In this document: piece after piece, positions 51,508 through 61,617 of the stretch
Layout of the letters: every line of letters begins with the position of its first letter
Numbering within the stretch: the first letter of the stretch is position 1
From: Methyloligellaceae bacterium
Lineage (GTDB): Bacteria; Pseudomonadota; Alphaproteobacteria; Rhizobiales; CBDHHC01
Direction: 5' to 3'
Assembly (NCBI GenBank): GCA_050633205.1
Contig: JBOEGA010000019.1
Coordinates: forward strand, 5,711 to 69,710
Length of the DNA stretch: 64,000 bases
Program-made: the position numbers and the translations under genes
The notes under the pieces: model-generated
The model's input: the letters and a program-made list of their open reading frames with translations, nothing else
What the model was told of the DNA's origin: nothing
Database searches by the model: none

Positions 51508-52623
51508 CTAAAAAACTACTACCGACCGTATCGATTTGCCCTCATGCATTAAATCAAAAGCCTTATTGATTTCCTCCAGAGGCATAACATCGGTAATCAA
51601 ATCGTCAATATTAATTCGACCATCCATATACCAGTCAACAATTTTTGGAACATCAGTCCGCCCTCTGGCACCACCAAAGGCTGTACCCTTCCAGGTTTTA
51701 CCGGTTACAAGCTGAAACGGCCTTGTGCTGATTTCCTCACCGGCACCTGCAACACCAATAATTACAGATTCACCCCAGCCCTTGTGACTCGATTCCAGCG
51801 CCTGCCGCATGGTCTCAGGCCGACCAATACATTCAAAACTGTAATCAGCGCCACCATCGGTCAATTCCATAAGATGTCCGACCAGATCTCCACTGACATC
51901 ATTGGGGTTCACAAAATCAGTCATACCAAACTGTTTGGCAAGAGCAGCCTTGGAAGGATTAATATCAACCCCAACAATCTTCTTGGCTCCGACAAGTCTG
52001 GCCCCCTGAACGACATTCAGGCCAATTCCACCTAACCCAAAAACAATGACATTACTGTTCGGCTCAACTTTCGCGGTATTCAGCACAGCACCAAGTCCTG
52101 TCGTCACACCACAGCCAATATAACAGACCTTTTCCAGAGGAGCGTCTTTTCTGATCTTCGCCAGCGCAATCTCGGGCACAACCGTGTAATTGGAAAAGGT
52201 TGAAGTCCCCATATAATGATAAACAGGTGAACCGTTGCGGGAAAAACGGCTTTTGCCATCAGGCATTACACCTTTACCCTGCGTTTCACGAACTGCCTGG
52301 CACAGATTGGTTTTAGGGTGGAGACAATACTCACATTCCCGGCATTCAGGAACATAAAGCGGTATCACATGATCACCAACAGCTATACTTTTGACATTTT
52401 TGCCGACTTCTACGACAACTCCAGCCCCCTCATGCCCCAGAACAGACGGGAAAATACCTTCAGGGTCCTTCCCGGAAAGAGTATATGCATCAGTATGGCA
52501 AACACCTGTCGCCTTTAACTCAACAAGAACCTCACCGTCTGAAGGACCTTCCAGATCGATCTCTTCAATAACCAATGGCTTTCCGGGTTCCAACGCCAAT
52601 GCAGCTCTGGTTTTCATATGCAT
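51508..52623 (-). CDS. frmA: S-(hydroxymethyl)glutathione dehydrogenase / class III alcohol dehydrogenase
   Basis: [27 protein letters not shown]...[22 protein letters not shown]. Confidence 0.95.
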   Translation of the reverse strand: MHMKTRAALALEPGKPLVIEEIDLEGPSDGEVLVELKATGVCHTDAYTLSGKDPEGIFPSVLGHEGAGVVVEVGKNVKSIAVGDHVIPLYVPECRECEYCLHPKTNLCQAVRETQGKGVMPDGKSRFSRNGSPVYHYMGTSTFSNYTVVPEIALAKIRKDAPLEKVCYIGCGVTTGLGAVLNTAKVEPNSNVIVFGLGGIGLNVVQGARLVGAKKIVGVDINPSKAALAKQFGMTDFVNPNDVSGDLVGHLMELTDGGADYSFECIGRPETMRQALESSHKGWGESVIIGVAGAGEEISTRPFQLVTGKTWKGTAFGGARGRTDVPKIVDWYMDGRINIDDLITDVMPLEEINKAFDLMHEGKSIRSVVVF

Positions 52624-52754
52624 TCCTCTCTTGATTTCCGCAAATTCCGATTTATATCGGGTACCCTATCATGTTTAGTAATTCTTTTAACGAAAAGAGG
52701 TCAGAAGTGTGGAGAAACAGGCATTATTAATCAAATTACTGACAAAGCATAAAA

Positions 52755-52790
52755 AGAAAGCGCCCCATTACTGAAAATGAAGCGCTTTCT
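52755..52790 (-). terminator. intrinsic terminator
   Basis: AGAAAGCGC...GCGCTTTCT with a T run on the minus strand, after the 52819 stop. Confidence 0.6.
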
Positions 52791-52818
52791 ATGTGTATTA
52801 AACTGAAATTATTTTATT

Positions 52819-53238
52819 TCAGGAAAGTTTAGTAACCCATCCGGAGAGAGCTGATTTCTGCTCTACACCATTTGCATCACGCAACCGTTTGAACTTAACC
52901 TTGCAGTTTTCGCGTATTGCAGCACGTTCAAGGGCTTCAAACCTGTATTTAATCTGCCCCAGTTCAGCTGATGGCTCTGCACCACCCCGTTGCGCCGTCA
53001 ATGCTATAGGCCAGACAATTACCGAGCTATTTACAGACTGCTCACTGGCAATTCCTGATACCTGCTGGGCCTGACGTGTCAGAATTCTTGCCTCATCAGC
53101 AACCTGACTACACTCAAGCGTTTCATATAAAATAGGCGATACATAACTGACTGGCTGAGGAACATGCGCCCCGCCGCCGGCACATCCTGCCAAAGTCGCC
53201 GCCAACAATAATCCTGTGATAACTTTTACGAAGTGCAT
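52819..53238 (-). CDS. hypothetical lipoprotein
   Basis: Lipobox LAGC; YVSPILY..LEC, IVWP, ELGQIK...LERAA..ENC. Confidence 0.75.
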   Translation of the reverse strand: MHFVKVITGLLLAATLAGCAGGGAHVPQPVSYVSPILYETLECSQVADEARILTRQAQQVSGIASEQSVNSSVIVWPIALTAQRGGAEPSAELGQIKYRFEALERAAIRENCKVKFKRLRDANGVEQKSALSGWVTKLS

Positions 53239-53638
53239 ATCTACACCCCCGCTGTTTAATTGTGTTTCCCGATCATTCTGAGATGATCCCCCGGTTCCAC
53301 CAGATACGGGCCCTTTCTTTTGAAGGCCTGCGAGAACCTGCAGCCAGATAATCAGATTCTCTCTTCATAACAGCCTCCCCAGGATGGCTTATTCACATAA
53401 TGCACAGGGCTTTTTTCATGTAGATATTACACTGTGTTCCATACGACACAAATTCCATACGAGAAACTCAAAACCTTCCCCATTGCATAGGATGGCAATG
53501 GTGCTCAGGTAGTAAAACCGGGCCCGACCTTACGAAAATTTAATTTATCTGCAACTGTGTTGTAAGGAGATGCCACCTATATTCCAATCAAGAATGATTA
53601 TGGATCATTGTAGGATTCCTATAGGAGATGCACACCAG

Positions 53639-55135
53639 ATGTTGAAGGAAAACAAGACATTGTCAAATATGCAGACTGCGTCAGACAAACGTAAATGGAA
53701 GAAAACTGCTCTGTTCGCTATGGCAGGCGCAGCAACATTGGGACTTGCAAGCCTGCAACTCGCAGATGGTATCTCTTCTGCCAAAGCAGACCCCAAAGCA
53801 ACAACAGGCCAGAGCGTTCCATTGGGATATGCGCCAATAAGCTTTGCCGACCTGGCTGCAAAAGTAAAACCTGCTGTCGTAAGCATCAACGTAAAAAGCG
53901 GCGGTAAAAGCAACAGACAACTGCCAAAAATCCCGAAAGAACTTTTTAAGCACTTTGGTATTCCGCGCGGGGGGCAGTTACCTCCAAGCCGGGCACAGGG
54001 ATCAGGCTTTATCGTTTCTGAAGAGGGTTTTGTCGTAACCAACAATCATGTGGTTGAAAAAGGTGTGGAAATTACTGTCACATTTGAAAATGGCGATACT
54101 CTTCCGGCAAAGCTGATAGGAAGTGACCCTCGTACAGATCTGGCACTATTGAAGATTACCAAAAAAGGCAAATATCCGACAGTTAAATTCGCGGAAAAAG
54201 CTGCACGCGTTGGTGACTGGGTTCTTGCTGTTGGTAACCCGTTTGGACTTGGCGGCACTGTAACTGCTGGTATCGTTTCCGCTAAAAACCGCAACATCGG
54301 CTCAGGACCATATGACTATCTTCAAATTGATGCTGCAGTGAACCGTGGCAACTCCGGTGGCCCTGCATTTAACCTTGCCGGCGAAGTCGTTGGTGTAAAT
54401 ACCGCTATTTTCAGCCCTTCCGGCGGTAATGTTGGCATCGCCTTTGCTGTTCCGGCGACATTGACGAAAAAAGTTATAGAACAACTGAAGCAGTCAGGTT
54501 CTGTTAGCCGTGGCTGGTTGGGTGTACATATTCAGACTGTAAGTGAAGATATTGCTGAAGGTCTGGGCATGGAAAAAGCATATGGCGCGATCGTAACCAA
54601 AGTTACAAAAGGCGGCCCTGCAGATAAATCTGACCTGAAAAACGGCGATGTCATCATCAATGTAAACGGTTCAGAAATCAAGGACTCCAGAGATCTTGCA
54701 AGAAAAATTGCTGCCCTTCCTCCAAAACAGGATGCCAATCTGATTGTATTCCGTGACGGCAAGGAAAAACCGATCACTGTGAAACTTGGCCTGTTCCCTA
54801 ACAACAGACAGTTTGCCCGTCTGCAAAGCGGTCAGGAACTGGGTGAAGAGCTTGATGATCTTGGTCTGACTCTGGCACCGGCGAACAGCCGTCCGGGCAA
54901 AGACAAAGAAGGCGTTGTCATTACAGAAGTAGCGCCCGGCTCTGCAGCTCTTGAAAAAGGCCTGAAAGCTGGTGACGTTATCCTGAAAGCGGGCAGATCA
55001 ACGGTTAACCAGCCGGATGATGTGATTAAAGCAATCTCGGCAGCTAAAAAAGCTGGGCAGCCAAGCATTCTGCTTTACATCAAATCAGGTGATCGCCGCA
55101 GCTTTGTAGCTGTATCCCTGAAAAAAGCCAGTTAA
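53639..55135 (+). CDS. degP: Do/DegP family serine endoprotease with two PDZ domains
   Basis: AQGSGFIV, TNNHVV, DLAL, QIDAAVNRGNSGGP; AGGAG SD before ATG 53639. Confidence 0.9.
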   Translation: MLKENKTLSNMQTASDKRKWKKTALFAMAGAATLGLASLQLADGISSAKADPKATTGQSVPLGYAPISFADLAAKVKPAVVSINVKSGGKSNRQLPKIPKELFKHFGIPRGGQLPPSRAQGSGFIVSEEGFVVTNNHVVEKGVEITVTFENGDTLPAKLIGSDPRTDLALLKITKKGKYPTVKFAEKAARVGDWVLAVGNPFGLGGTVTAGIVSAKNRNIGSGPYDYLQIDAAVNRGNSGGPAFNLAGEVVGVNTAIFSPSGGNVGIAFAVPATLTKKVIEQLKQSGSVSRGWLGVHIQTVSEDIAEGLGMEKAYGAIVTKVTKGGPADKSDLKNGDVIINVNGSEIKDSRDLARKIAALPPKQDANLIVFRDGKEKPITVKLGLFPNNRQFARLQSGQELGEELDDLGLTLAPANSRPGKDKEGVVITEVAPGSAALEKGLKAGDVILKAGRSTVNQPDDVIKAISAAKKAGQPSILLYIKSGDRRSFVAVSLKKAS

Positions 55136-55149
55136 TAAAAATACATAAT

Positions 55150-55181
55150 GAGTATGGCGCGGTAGATATTGCGCCATACTC
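55150..55181 (+). terminator. hairpin after degP (terminator or stabiliser)
   Basis: GAGTATGGCGC...GCGCCATACTC. Confidence 0.6.
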
Positions 55182-55228
55182 CTTCTATTATACTCTGATA
55201 TCTTGAATTCATATAAAGACTATAGCCC

Positions 55229-55909
55229 ATGCGCATACTCATCATAGAAGATGACAAGGAAATGTCTGCCTTTCTCGTGAAGGCCTTCAGGGAAAGCGGC
55301 CATCAGGCCGATGCGGAATGGGATGGTGAAGCAGGCCTGGCAGCAGCCAGAAATGACAACTATGATGTTCTCATCATTGATCGAATGCTTCCCAAAATGA
55401 ATGGTCTCACAATCATCGAAACACTCCGCTCGGAAGACAATCAGACCCCGGCACTCATTCTCAGTGCACTGGGAGAAGTCGATGACCGTGTTACTGGCCT
55501 GAGAGCCGGAGGTGATGACTATCTGACAAAACCCTATGCCTTTTCAGAACTGCTTGCCCGTATTGAAGTTCTGGCAAGAAGACAGCGCCCGGAAGAAGCC
55601 AACACACGCTATGTCGTAGCTGATCTCGTGCTCGATAGACTGGCCCATAAAGTCAGCCGTGGCTCGGAAACTATCCTGCTCCAGCCCAGAGAATATCGCC
55701 TGCTGGAATATCTCATGAAATATGCTGATCAGGTCGTAACACGAACCATGCTTCTTGAAAATGTATGGGACTACCATTTTGACCCTCAGACAAATGTAAT
55801 TGATGTACATATTTCCAGGCTGCGCTCGAAGATAGATAAAAACTTCGACAAGCCATTGCTGCACACCATTCGCGGCGCGGGGTATATGGTCAGTGACAGC
55901 TCTGTATAA
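55229..55909 (+). CDS. OmpR-family response regulator
   Basis: Receiver (IEDD, IDRMLP, GGDDYLTKP) plus winged helix (VWDYHFDPQTNVIDVHISRLR, TIRGAGY). Confidence 0.95.
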   Translation: MRILIIEDDKEMSAFLVKAFRESGHQADAEWDGEAGLAAARNDNYDVLIIDRMLPKMNGLTIIETLRSEDNQTPALILSALGEVDDRVTGLRAGGDDYLTKPYAFSELLARIEVLARRQRPEEANTRYVVADLVLDRLAHKVSRGSETILLQPREYRLLEYLMKYADQVVTRTMLLENVWDYHFDPQTNVIDVHISRLRSKIDKNFDKPLLHTIRGAGYMVSDSSV

Positions 55910-57293
55910 ATTATTCAAGACAACAACATTTCGTTTGTCGTTGATCTTTCTGGTCTTCTTCGGAATTTCCGCAAGTCTTGCTCTCGGTTATATCTACTGG
56001 AACGCCAAAGTCCTGATGATCCGCCAACTCAATCAGACCGTAGAAGCAGAAATACTTGGCCTGTCAGAACAATACAGACAAGGTGGAATTCGCCAGCTCG
56101 TAAAAACCGTTGCTGCAAGAAGTAAAATTCCCGGCAACAGCCTCTATCTGGTCACAAGCCCCAGCGGTGAGTATATTGCCGGGAACCTTGCCACAATTAC
56201 AGTCCAGCTCTGGAATACCGAGGGCCCTGTACGCTTTACCTACAAGCGTCCAGCACAGGGTGGCCCGGAAACCAGGCAGGCCTTTGCAAAAGGCTTCCGC
56301 CTTCAGGATAACTTCAGATTACTTGTCGGACGAGATATTGAAGACCGTAGAATATTTGAACGCGTAATTGCGGATGTTCTCTGGGGGCTAGGCTTTATTA
56401 CTCTGTTTGGAATATTCGGTGGCTGGCTTGTAAGCAGAAATATCCTTTCCCGCATCGATACCGTTACAGATGCAAGCAAACGCATCATGAGTGGAGACCT
56501 GAGTGAACGGATTCCTGTAAAAGGCAGCGGCGATGAGCTGGACCGGTTATCTATAAACCTAAATGAAATGCTTGATCGTATTGAACGTCTTATGGCTGGT
56601 ATGCGTGAAGTTTCAGACAATATAGCTCACGACCTCAAAACACCACTCAACAGAATGCGAAACCGTATTGATGCAGCCCTGAGAGATGGTACTACCAGCC
56701 CGGCCCATAAGGAAATCCTTGAAACAACAATAGAAGATGCAGACTTCCTGATACAGACTTTCAATGCACTGCTGAGCATTGCCCGCATGGAAGCAGGCAC
56801 AGGCAGCAGAAATATGGAAACGATGGAAATCGCGCCAATATTATCTGATATTGCTGAACTCTATGAGCCGGTAATGGATGAACAGAATTTTGAACTGAAA
56901 ACAGATTTTCAGGGTAATATAATTCTGAACATTGACAAACAACTGATAGGTCAGGCAGTTGCCAACCTTATTGATAATGCTATAAAATATGCAGCTCATA
57001 CAGAAACTGAGAATACCGACCGTAAACCGCAAATATTTATCGCCACAACCAGACAGGGCGACTTCGGAGAAATTATAGTTGCAGATCACGGTCCGGGTAT
57101 CCCTGAAGAAGACAGGGAGCATGTTTGCGAACGCTTTGTCAGACTGGAAAAAAGCCGTTCACTTCCCGGAAGCGGCCTTGGATTAAGCCTCGTGTCTGCT
57201 GTCGTTCAGCTTCATAATGGCAAACTTATTCTGGAAGATAACGATCCAGGTCTGAAAGCAATAATCCAGTTACCTCTGGTAGAAAAAAAATGA
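55893..57293 (+). CDS. HAMP-domain sensor histidine kinase
   Basis: Two TMs, HAMP, IAHDLKTPL H-box, NLIDNAIKY, DHGPGI, GSGLGL. Confidence 0.94.
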   Translation: MTALYKLFKTTTFRLSLIFLVFFGISASLALGYIYWNAKVLMIRQLNQTVEAEILGLSEQYRQGGIRQLVKTVAARSKIPGNSLYLVTSPSGEYIAGNLATITVQLWNTEGPVRFTYKRPAQGGPETRQAFAKGFRLQDNFRLLVGRDIEDRRIFERVIADVLWGLGFITLFGIFGGWLVSRNILSRIDTVTDASKRIMSGDLSERIPVKGSGDELDRLSINLNEMLDRIERLMAGMREVSDNIAHDLKTPLNRMRNRIDAALRDGTTSPAHKEILETTIEDADFLIQTFNALLSIARMEAGTGSRNMETMEIAPILSDIAELYEPVMDEQNFELKTDFQGNIILNIDKQLIGQAVANLIDNAIKYAAHTETENTDRKPQIFIATTRQGDFGEIIVADHGPGIPEEDREHVCERFVRLEKSRSLPGSGLGLSLVSAVVQLHNGKLILEDNDPGLKAIIQLPLVEKK

Positions 57294-57967
57294 AACCCGC
57301 TTTGAACCTAAAATGGCCCGACACCGAAGCGCAGGCTCTTGATCTTCAGTCTGAATTGGCACCAAAGGTCATCAGGGAAGACACCTTCAGTACCATTAAA
57401 TACATTGCCGGGGTTGATGTCGCCTATAGCTCTGATGAAAACGAACTTTACGCAGCGGCAGTTGTGCTGGACGCTGAAACATTAAAAACCATGGAAACAT
57501 CTGTAACAAAAAGCAGAGTGACCTTCCCCTATATCCCCGGCCTTTTCAGCTTTCGCGAACTGCCCCCACTTATGACTGCTCTGGCAAACCTTAAAACCAT
57601 AGCGGATCTGATCGTCTGCGATGGTCAGGGGCTGGCACATCCCAGACATTTTGGACTTGCATGTCATCTGGGTCTGATGTTTGACACACCAGCAATCGGG
57701 TGCGGTAAAACACGCCTGTCAGGAGAGCATAAGATGCCCGCAGAAGAGAGGGGTTCTGCAGCTCCGCTCAAGGATCAGGGGGAAACTGTTGGATCTGTAT
57801 TACGAACTCAAAATGGAGTTAAGCCGGTTTATGTCTCAATTGGGCATAAAATCTCACTTGCAACCGCATGTGACTGGATACTAAAACTCTCCCCGAAGTA
57901 CAGACTGCCAGAAACAACAAGAGCTGCAGATCAGGCTGTCCGTGCAGCTTCCAAAAAGCCTCTTTAA
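57290..57967 (+). CDS. nfi: endonuclease V (deoxyribonuclease V)
   Basis: IAGVDVAY, FPYIPGLFSFRE, DGQGLAHPRHFGLACHLG, PVYVSIGH, YRLPETTRAAD. Confidence 0.94.
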   Translation: MKPALNLKWPDTEAQALDLQSELAPKVIREDTFSTIKYIAGVDVAYSSDENELYAAAVVLDAETLKTMETSVTKSRVTFPYIPGLFSFRELPPLMTALANLKTIADLIVCDGQGLAHPRHFGLACHLGLMFDTPAIGCGKTRLSGEHKMPAEERGSAAPLKDQGETVGSVLRTQNGVKPVYVSIGHKISLATACDWILKLSPKYRLPETTRAADQAVRAASKKPL

Positions 57968-58045
57968 ATATCAGCCTGCATTCCCATATTACTGCTTCTT
58001 GCATATTTATTTTCAGAAAAATCAATTTCAGAAAGGACGGTTTAT

Positions 58046-58255
58046 ATGTCTCAGGATGTTATTAATCAGATAATTCATGTTGTAGATCACTATGACGACC
58101 TGCAGGAACCAATGGAAGAGCTAAACCAGCTCAGAAAGACCCTGCAAAGACAAGCCCATGACGCTACAGATGCACAGCTTGAAATCTATGACCGAGCTTA
58201 TGAAGAAGCAGGAAAGATTATCCGGAAAATGGCCAAAGACTTTCCAGAATTATAA
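58046..58255 (+). CDS. small hypothetical protein (helical)
   Basis: 69 aa with AAAGGA SD and a downstream terminator. Confidence 0.6.
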   Translation: MSQDVINQIIHVVDHYDDLQEPMEELNQLRKTLQRQAHDATDAQLEIYDRAYEEAGKIIRKMAKDFPEL

Positions 58256-58276
58256 TTTTCTTTTTAATTAAAATGA

Positions 58277-58314
58277 ATAACTGCCCTACAGGTTATTTCC
58301 TGTAAGGCAGTTAT
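58277..58314. terminator. bidirectional terminator hairpin
   Basis: ATAACTGCCCTACAGG...CCTGTAAGGCAGTTAT between convergent genes. Confidence 0.7.
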
Positions 58315-58317
58315 CTT

Positions 58318-59457
58318 TTAAGAACAACTGCGCGCGCACCTCTTATATAAATATGTGCCCTTACCCCATACATCGATACATTCCCGACGTATTCTAATGC
58401 AGCGCTGCTCTTTTCTGTCAATCTCCGCGCTGTTTTCGGAAACATCACTATTTCTGTCACCATCACATTCTCTGGCACATTTTCTATAGCTGGTGCCCGT
58501 ACTGCCCCACTGGGCACGACACCCTCTTCTGAGTTTTACGCAATAACTGGCGCTGCGCTCCTCATTACGCTCGCGGCGGCGGCTCTGAGGTTCCCGACTT
58601 GAGCAATGGCGAATGCAATGCTTGTACTCTGTACTGGTTCTCCCCCATCTGGCCCGACAGTTATAACGTAGTTTTCTGCAGGAATTACTCGCCTGGTTAC
58701 GGGGGGCATCAGTTCTCTCTCGAGAAGGAGCACTATCTCTGCGTGTAGGAATATTATCAACCTCATCATCAACCCGGCTCAGACATTTGCGGGCACAATA
58801 TCTATAGCTCGGCCCGGTTCTGCCCCAGCTTCTGCGACATGCATTTCTTAAATTCTGACAATATCTGCCACTCTGGGTAATAACTGGTGGTGTACGCCTC
58901 GCAGGTCTCTGCCTTGCCGGCTTCCGTTTCACCTGTTTACGGCTAAGGCATTTACGGGCACAATAACGGTAATCCGGTCCTCTACTGCCCCATCTCACAC
59001 GACAGGAACGGCGTACCCGCTGGCAATAACGATTGCCTTTATGAATTGCAGGCCTGCGTTTGCTGAGACGGCTTTTAGGTCTCTTGATACATTTTCTGGC
59101 ACAGTATCTGTAATTACGCCCCGAACGCCCCCACCGTTTACGACAGGAATTCCGCACACGCTGGCAATAGTTTCTTCCACGCCTAACAATAGCGGGTCTT
59201 CGCCTGGACTTTCTTTTACCCACACAACCACGGGCACAACTCTGGTATTTGCGTCCTTTACCAAATAACCAGCGACAGTGATTTCTCAACCTGACACACC
59301 TGCGACTTCGGTTCAAAGCAGCAACTTTTATAAAACTGGAAGAAATTTGGTTTACACCAATAGCGCTGCGATCAGGATTAAGATGAACTGCGTTTACTCT
59401 GGTAGAAACAGAAACAACAGCCAGCAAAAACAGCGTAATTGTTATCAGATTTCTCAT
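58318..59457 (-). CDS. secreted Arg/Cys-rich protein with seven Cx6Cx12-13Cx3C repeats
   Basis: Signal peptide MRNLITITLFLLAVVSVSTRVNA with GAGGGAAG SD; seven copies of C..xR..CR..WG..G..Y..CAR.C. Confidence 0.82.
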   Translation of the reverse strand: MRNLITITLFLLAVVSVSTRVNAVHLNPDRSAIGVNQISSSFIKVAALNRSRRCVRLRNHCRWLFGKGRKYQSCARGCVGKRKSRRRPAIVRRGRNYCQRVRNSCRKRWGRSGRNYRYCARKCIKRPKSRLSKRRPAIHKGNRYCQRVRRSCRVRWGSRGPDYRYCARKCLSRKQVKRKPARQRPARRTPPVITQSGRYCQNLRNACRRSWGRTGPSYRYCARKCLSRVDDEVDNIPTRRDSAPSRERTDAPRNQASNSCRKLRYNCRARWGRTSTEYKHCIRHCSSREPQSRRRERNEERSASYCVKLRRGCRAQWGSTGTSYRKCARECDGDRNSDVSENSAEIDRKEQRCIRIRRECIDVWGKGTYLYKRCARSCS

Positions 59458-59753
59458 TACAGAAATGCTTCCCTCAATTTTCGGCAATCCCACCCGTTAT
59501 TATGAAAAATGATCAAGCCGATTTTGTTAACCTTTACATTTTGATAACATTATAAATTACAACAAAGTATGAACAGGAAGGCGTAATCAACTGCAATAAT
59601 GAGGAAAAATACCACTAATATTGAGAATGCCAGCCTCATTATTCCGTATAATGGAATTGAATTCTCCTCCAATAGGTATCTGGCCCAATACCGAAGTTTA
59701 AACCATGATTGCCCTCACATTTTCAGACCTGCTATCAAATTGAGGGGAAATAT

Positions 59754-60557
59754 ATGTCTAACAGTGAAGCCGCCACAGAAAACAGGGAAGTCATTATCTA
59801 TGACATTATGGCATGTAATGTTTATTGGGACTTTGAAAATACACCGCTGAATAAAGAACAGCACAAGTTCGTAATTTCACTACACCCTACTCCCGGCATA
59901 GAAACTCCCGAACTTATTGAAAGTATCAGGGTAACAGGACCTGACGGTTATGAAGCTTCCATCTCAAACCAGAAGCAGAACAATGTGAACAGAGACGGCT
60001 GGATATATGATCCAAGCCTGAACTATTACTGGTACATGATGAATACCAATAACGGTTTCATGAAAGCTGGTGAATATACCGTAACCATTACATGCAAGGA
60101 CGGTTCTGTTGTAACCCGTTCCCGTATCCAGGATGACTCTGCATCACAGGCTGTACTTGATGCATATATCAACAACCGCGATACGATCTTCAATTCCTTC
60201 ACGCCATCTGAGCAAAATCCGCTTTCACCGGAATCTCCGCTGAAACACATTGTTGCGAACTGGAAGACAACAAAAGATGTAGCCGGTGTCGATACGTTTA
60301 ATGTTTTACGCATCGGAGAGGCATCAACATCGCTGGAGTTCGATACTCAAAATCTGGCATGGTGGGATAATATCTTTATGCAGCGTGTCTATAATAATGA
60401 CCCGCTTGCCGGGCAGAACAGGAATGAAGTAACAATTGCTGCAGAACTGAAACCTGCAACAAGCTATGGTTACTTTATTGAAACAATTGATTCAAATGTG
60501 CAGGGCGAAACGAATATCTGTATCCTGCAGCCGCACCACTTCTTCACGACACCATAA
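59754..60557 (+). CDS. hypothetical protein, beta-rich
   Basis: GAGGGG SD before ATG 59754; long open frame ending at a strong hairpin; family not recognised. Confidence 0.72.
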   Translation: MSNSEAATENREVIIYDIMACNVYWDFENTPLNKEQHKFVISLHPTPGIETPELIESIRVTGPDGYEASISNQKQNNVNRDGWIYDPSLNYYWYMMNTNNGFMKAGEYTVTITCKDGSVVTRSRIQDDSASQAVLDAYINNRDTIFNSFTPSEQNPLSPESPLKHIVANWKTTKDVAGVDTFNVLRIGEASTSLEFDTQNLAWWDNIFMQRVYNNDPLAGQNRNEVTIAAELKPATSYGYFIETIDSNVQGETNICILQPHHFFTTP

Positions 60558-60569
60558 CCCTGGTTGTCA

Positions 60570-60597
60570 TCTATAGGGGACACCGGTCCCCTATAGA
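60570..60597. terminator. perfect hairpin between convergent genes
   Basis: TCTATAGGGGAC-ACCG-GTCCCCTATAGA. Confidence 0.7.
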
Positions 60598-60609
60598 ACT
60601 GCCTCCCGA

Positions 60610-61554
60610 TTACCGAATGGCAATTGGGTTGATAATCATCTGAACCGCACCGCGCAGGCGGGCAGCACCAAGGACAAACATAAACTCAGTCACCTTGTCT
60701 TTAACAAGACCACGGCTATCCATGTTTTCCAGAATATAAATACCGTTTTTGGCGATCAGGTCCTGGTGCACTTCAAATACACCTGTCCCCTTAGGGAACG
60801 GTACGGCTTCAAGCCCCCAGGTATCGGCACCAACTGCAACAACACCAATTTCTGCCAGATAGGCCGCTCCGGACTTACCCAGACCAGGCTCAGTGGTTAC
60901 ATATCTTTTGGTATCCGGCTTTTCTCCATCAAGAAGATTTAACCAGCCGGAATGAAAAAGAACAACATCGCCCTTTTTAATTTCGACTCCCTGCTTTTTT
61001 GCAGCAGCTATAATATCTTCTTTGGTATAGGCAGTGCCCTCTTTCACAATATCAACGCCATAATGAGCAGCCATATCAATCACGACACCACGGGCAACCA
61101 TAGGCGGTATTTTTTCGATACCAAGCTTTGTCAGACCCGTAACTTTACCGATATCAGCATTCTTCAGACCATTATAATAGGTATGATTAATCCCGATATG
61201 ACCAAGACCGTCAATTTGCGGCCCGATGCCAAGCCAACCCGTAAACATGTCATCATTATATGTAAGGTTGGTTGGGCCAAGGCCTTTGGTTTGGATCTGG
61301 TTTGGCTGAAGAACAGTCACACTCATGGAACGGGGAGCGAAGGCAGGTGTCTTGGAATCAACGACAATGCCGAGGTGGTAGGTTTTACCTGTTTTGACAA
61401 GCTTGGAAGCTGCCATAACAGATTCCGGAGTAATCAAATTTGCGGCCCCGATTTCATCTTTGGGTCCCCATTTTGATTTTGTCCAGTCATCAGCACTGGC
61501 GATACTTGCTACACCAGCACTGAGGCAGAGGGTTAGTAAAAGACGCTTAAACAT
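60610..61554 (-). CDS. cyclase family (kynurenine formamidase-like) metal-dependent hydrolase, secreted
   Basis: WGPKDEIGAANL, QIDGLGH, ARGVVID, GDVVLFHSGW, VGADTWGLE, GIYILEN, NPIAIR. Confidence 0.88.
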   Translation of the reverse strand: MFKRLLLTLCLSAGVASIASADDWTKSKWGPKDEIGAANLITPESVMAASKLVKTGKTYHLGIVVDSKTPAFAPRSMSVTVLQPNQIQTKGLGPTNLTYNDDMFTGWLGIGPQIDGLGHIGINHTYYNGLKNADIGKVTGLTKLGIEKIPPMVARGVVIDMAAHYGVDIVKEGTAYTKEDIIAAAKKQGVEIKKGDVVLFHSGWLNLLDGEKPDTKRYVTTEPGLGKSGAAYLAEIGVVAVGADTWGLEAVPFPKGTGVFEVHQDLIAKNGIYILENMDSRGLVKDKVTEFMFVLGAARLRGAVQMIINPIAIR

Positions 61555-61617
61555 ATTTTAGTCCTCCCTTGATTATACGGCATTCGCATAAGCAGGCTGC
61601 CGATTGGCCTGAGCTCT

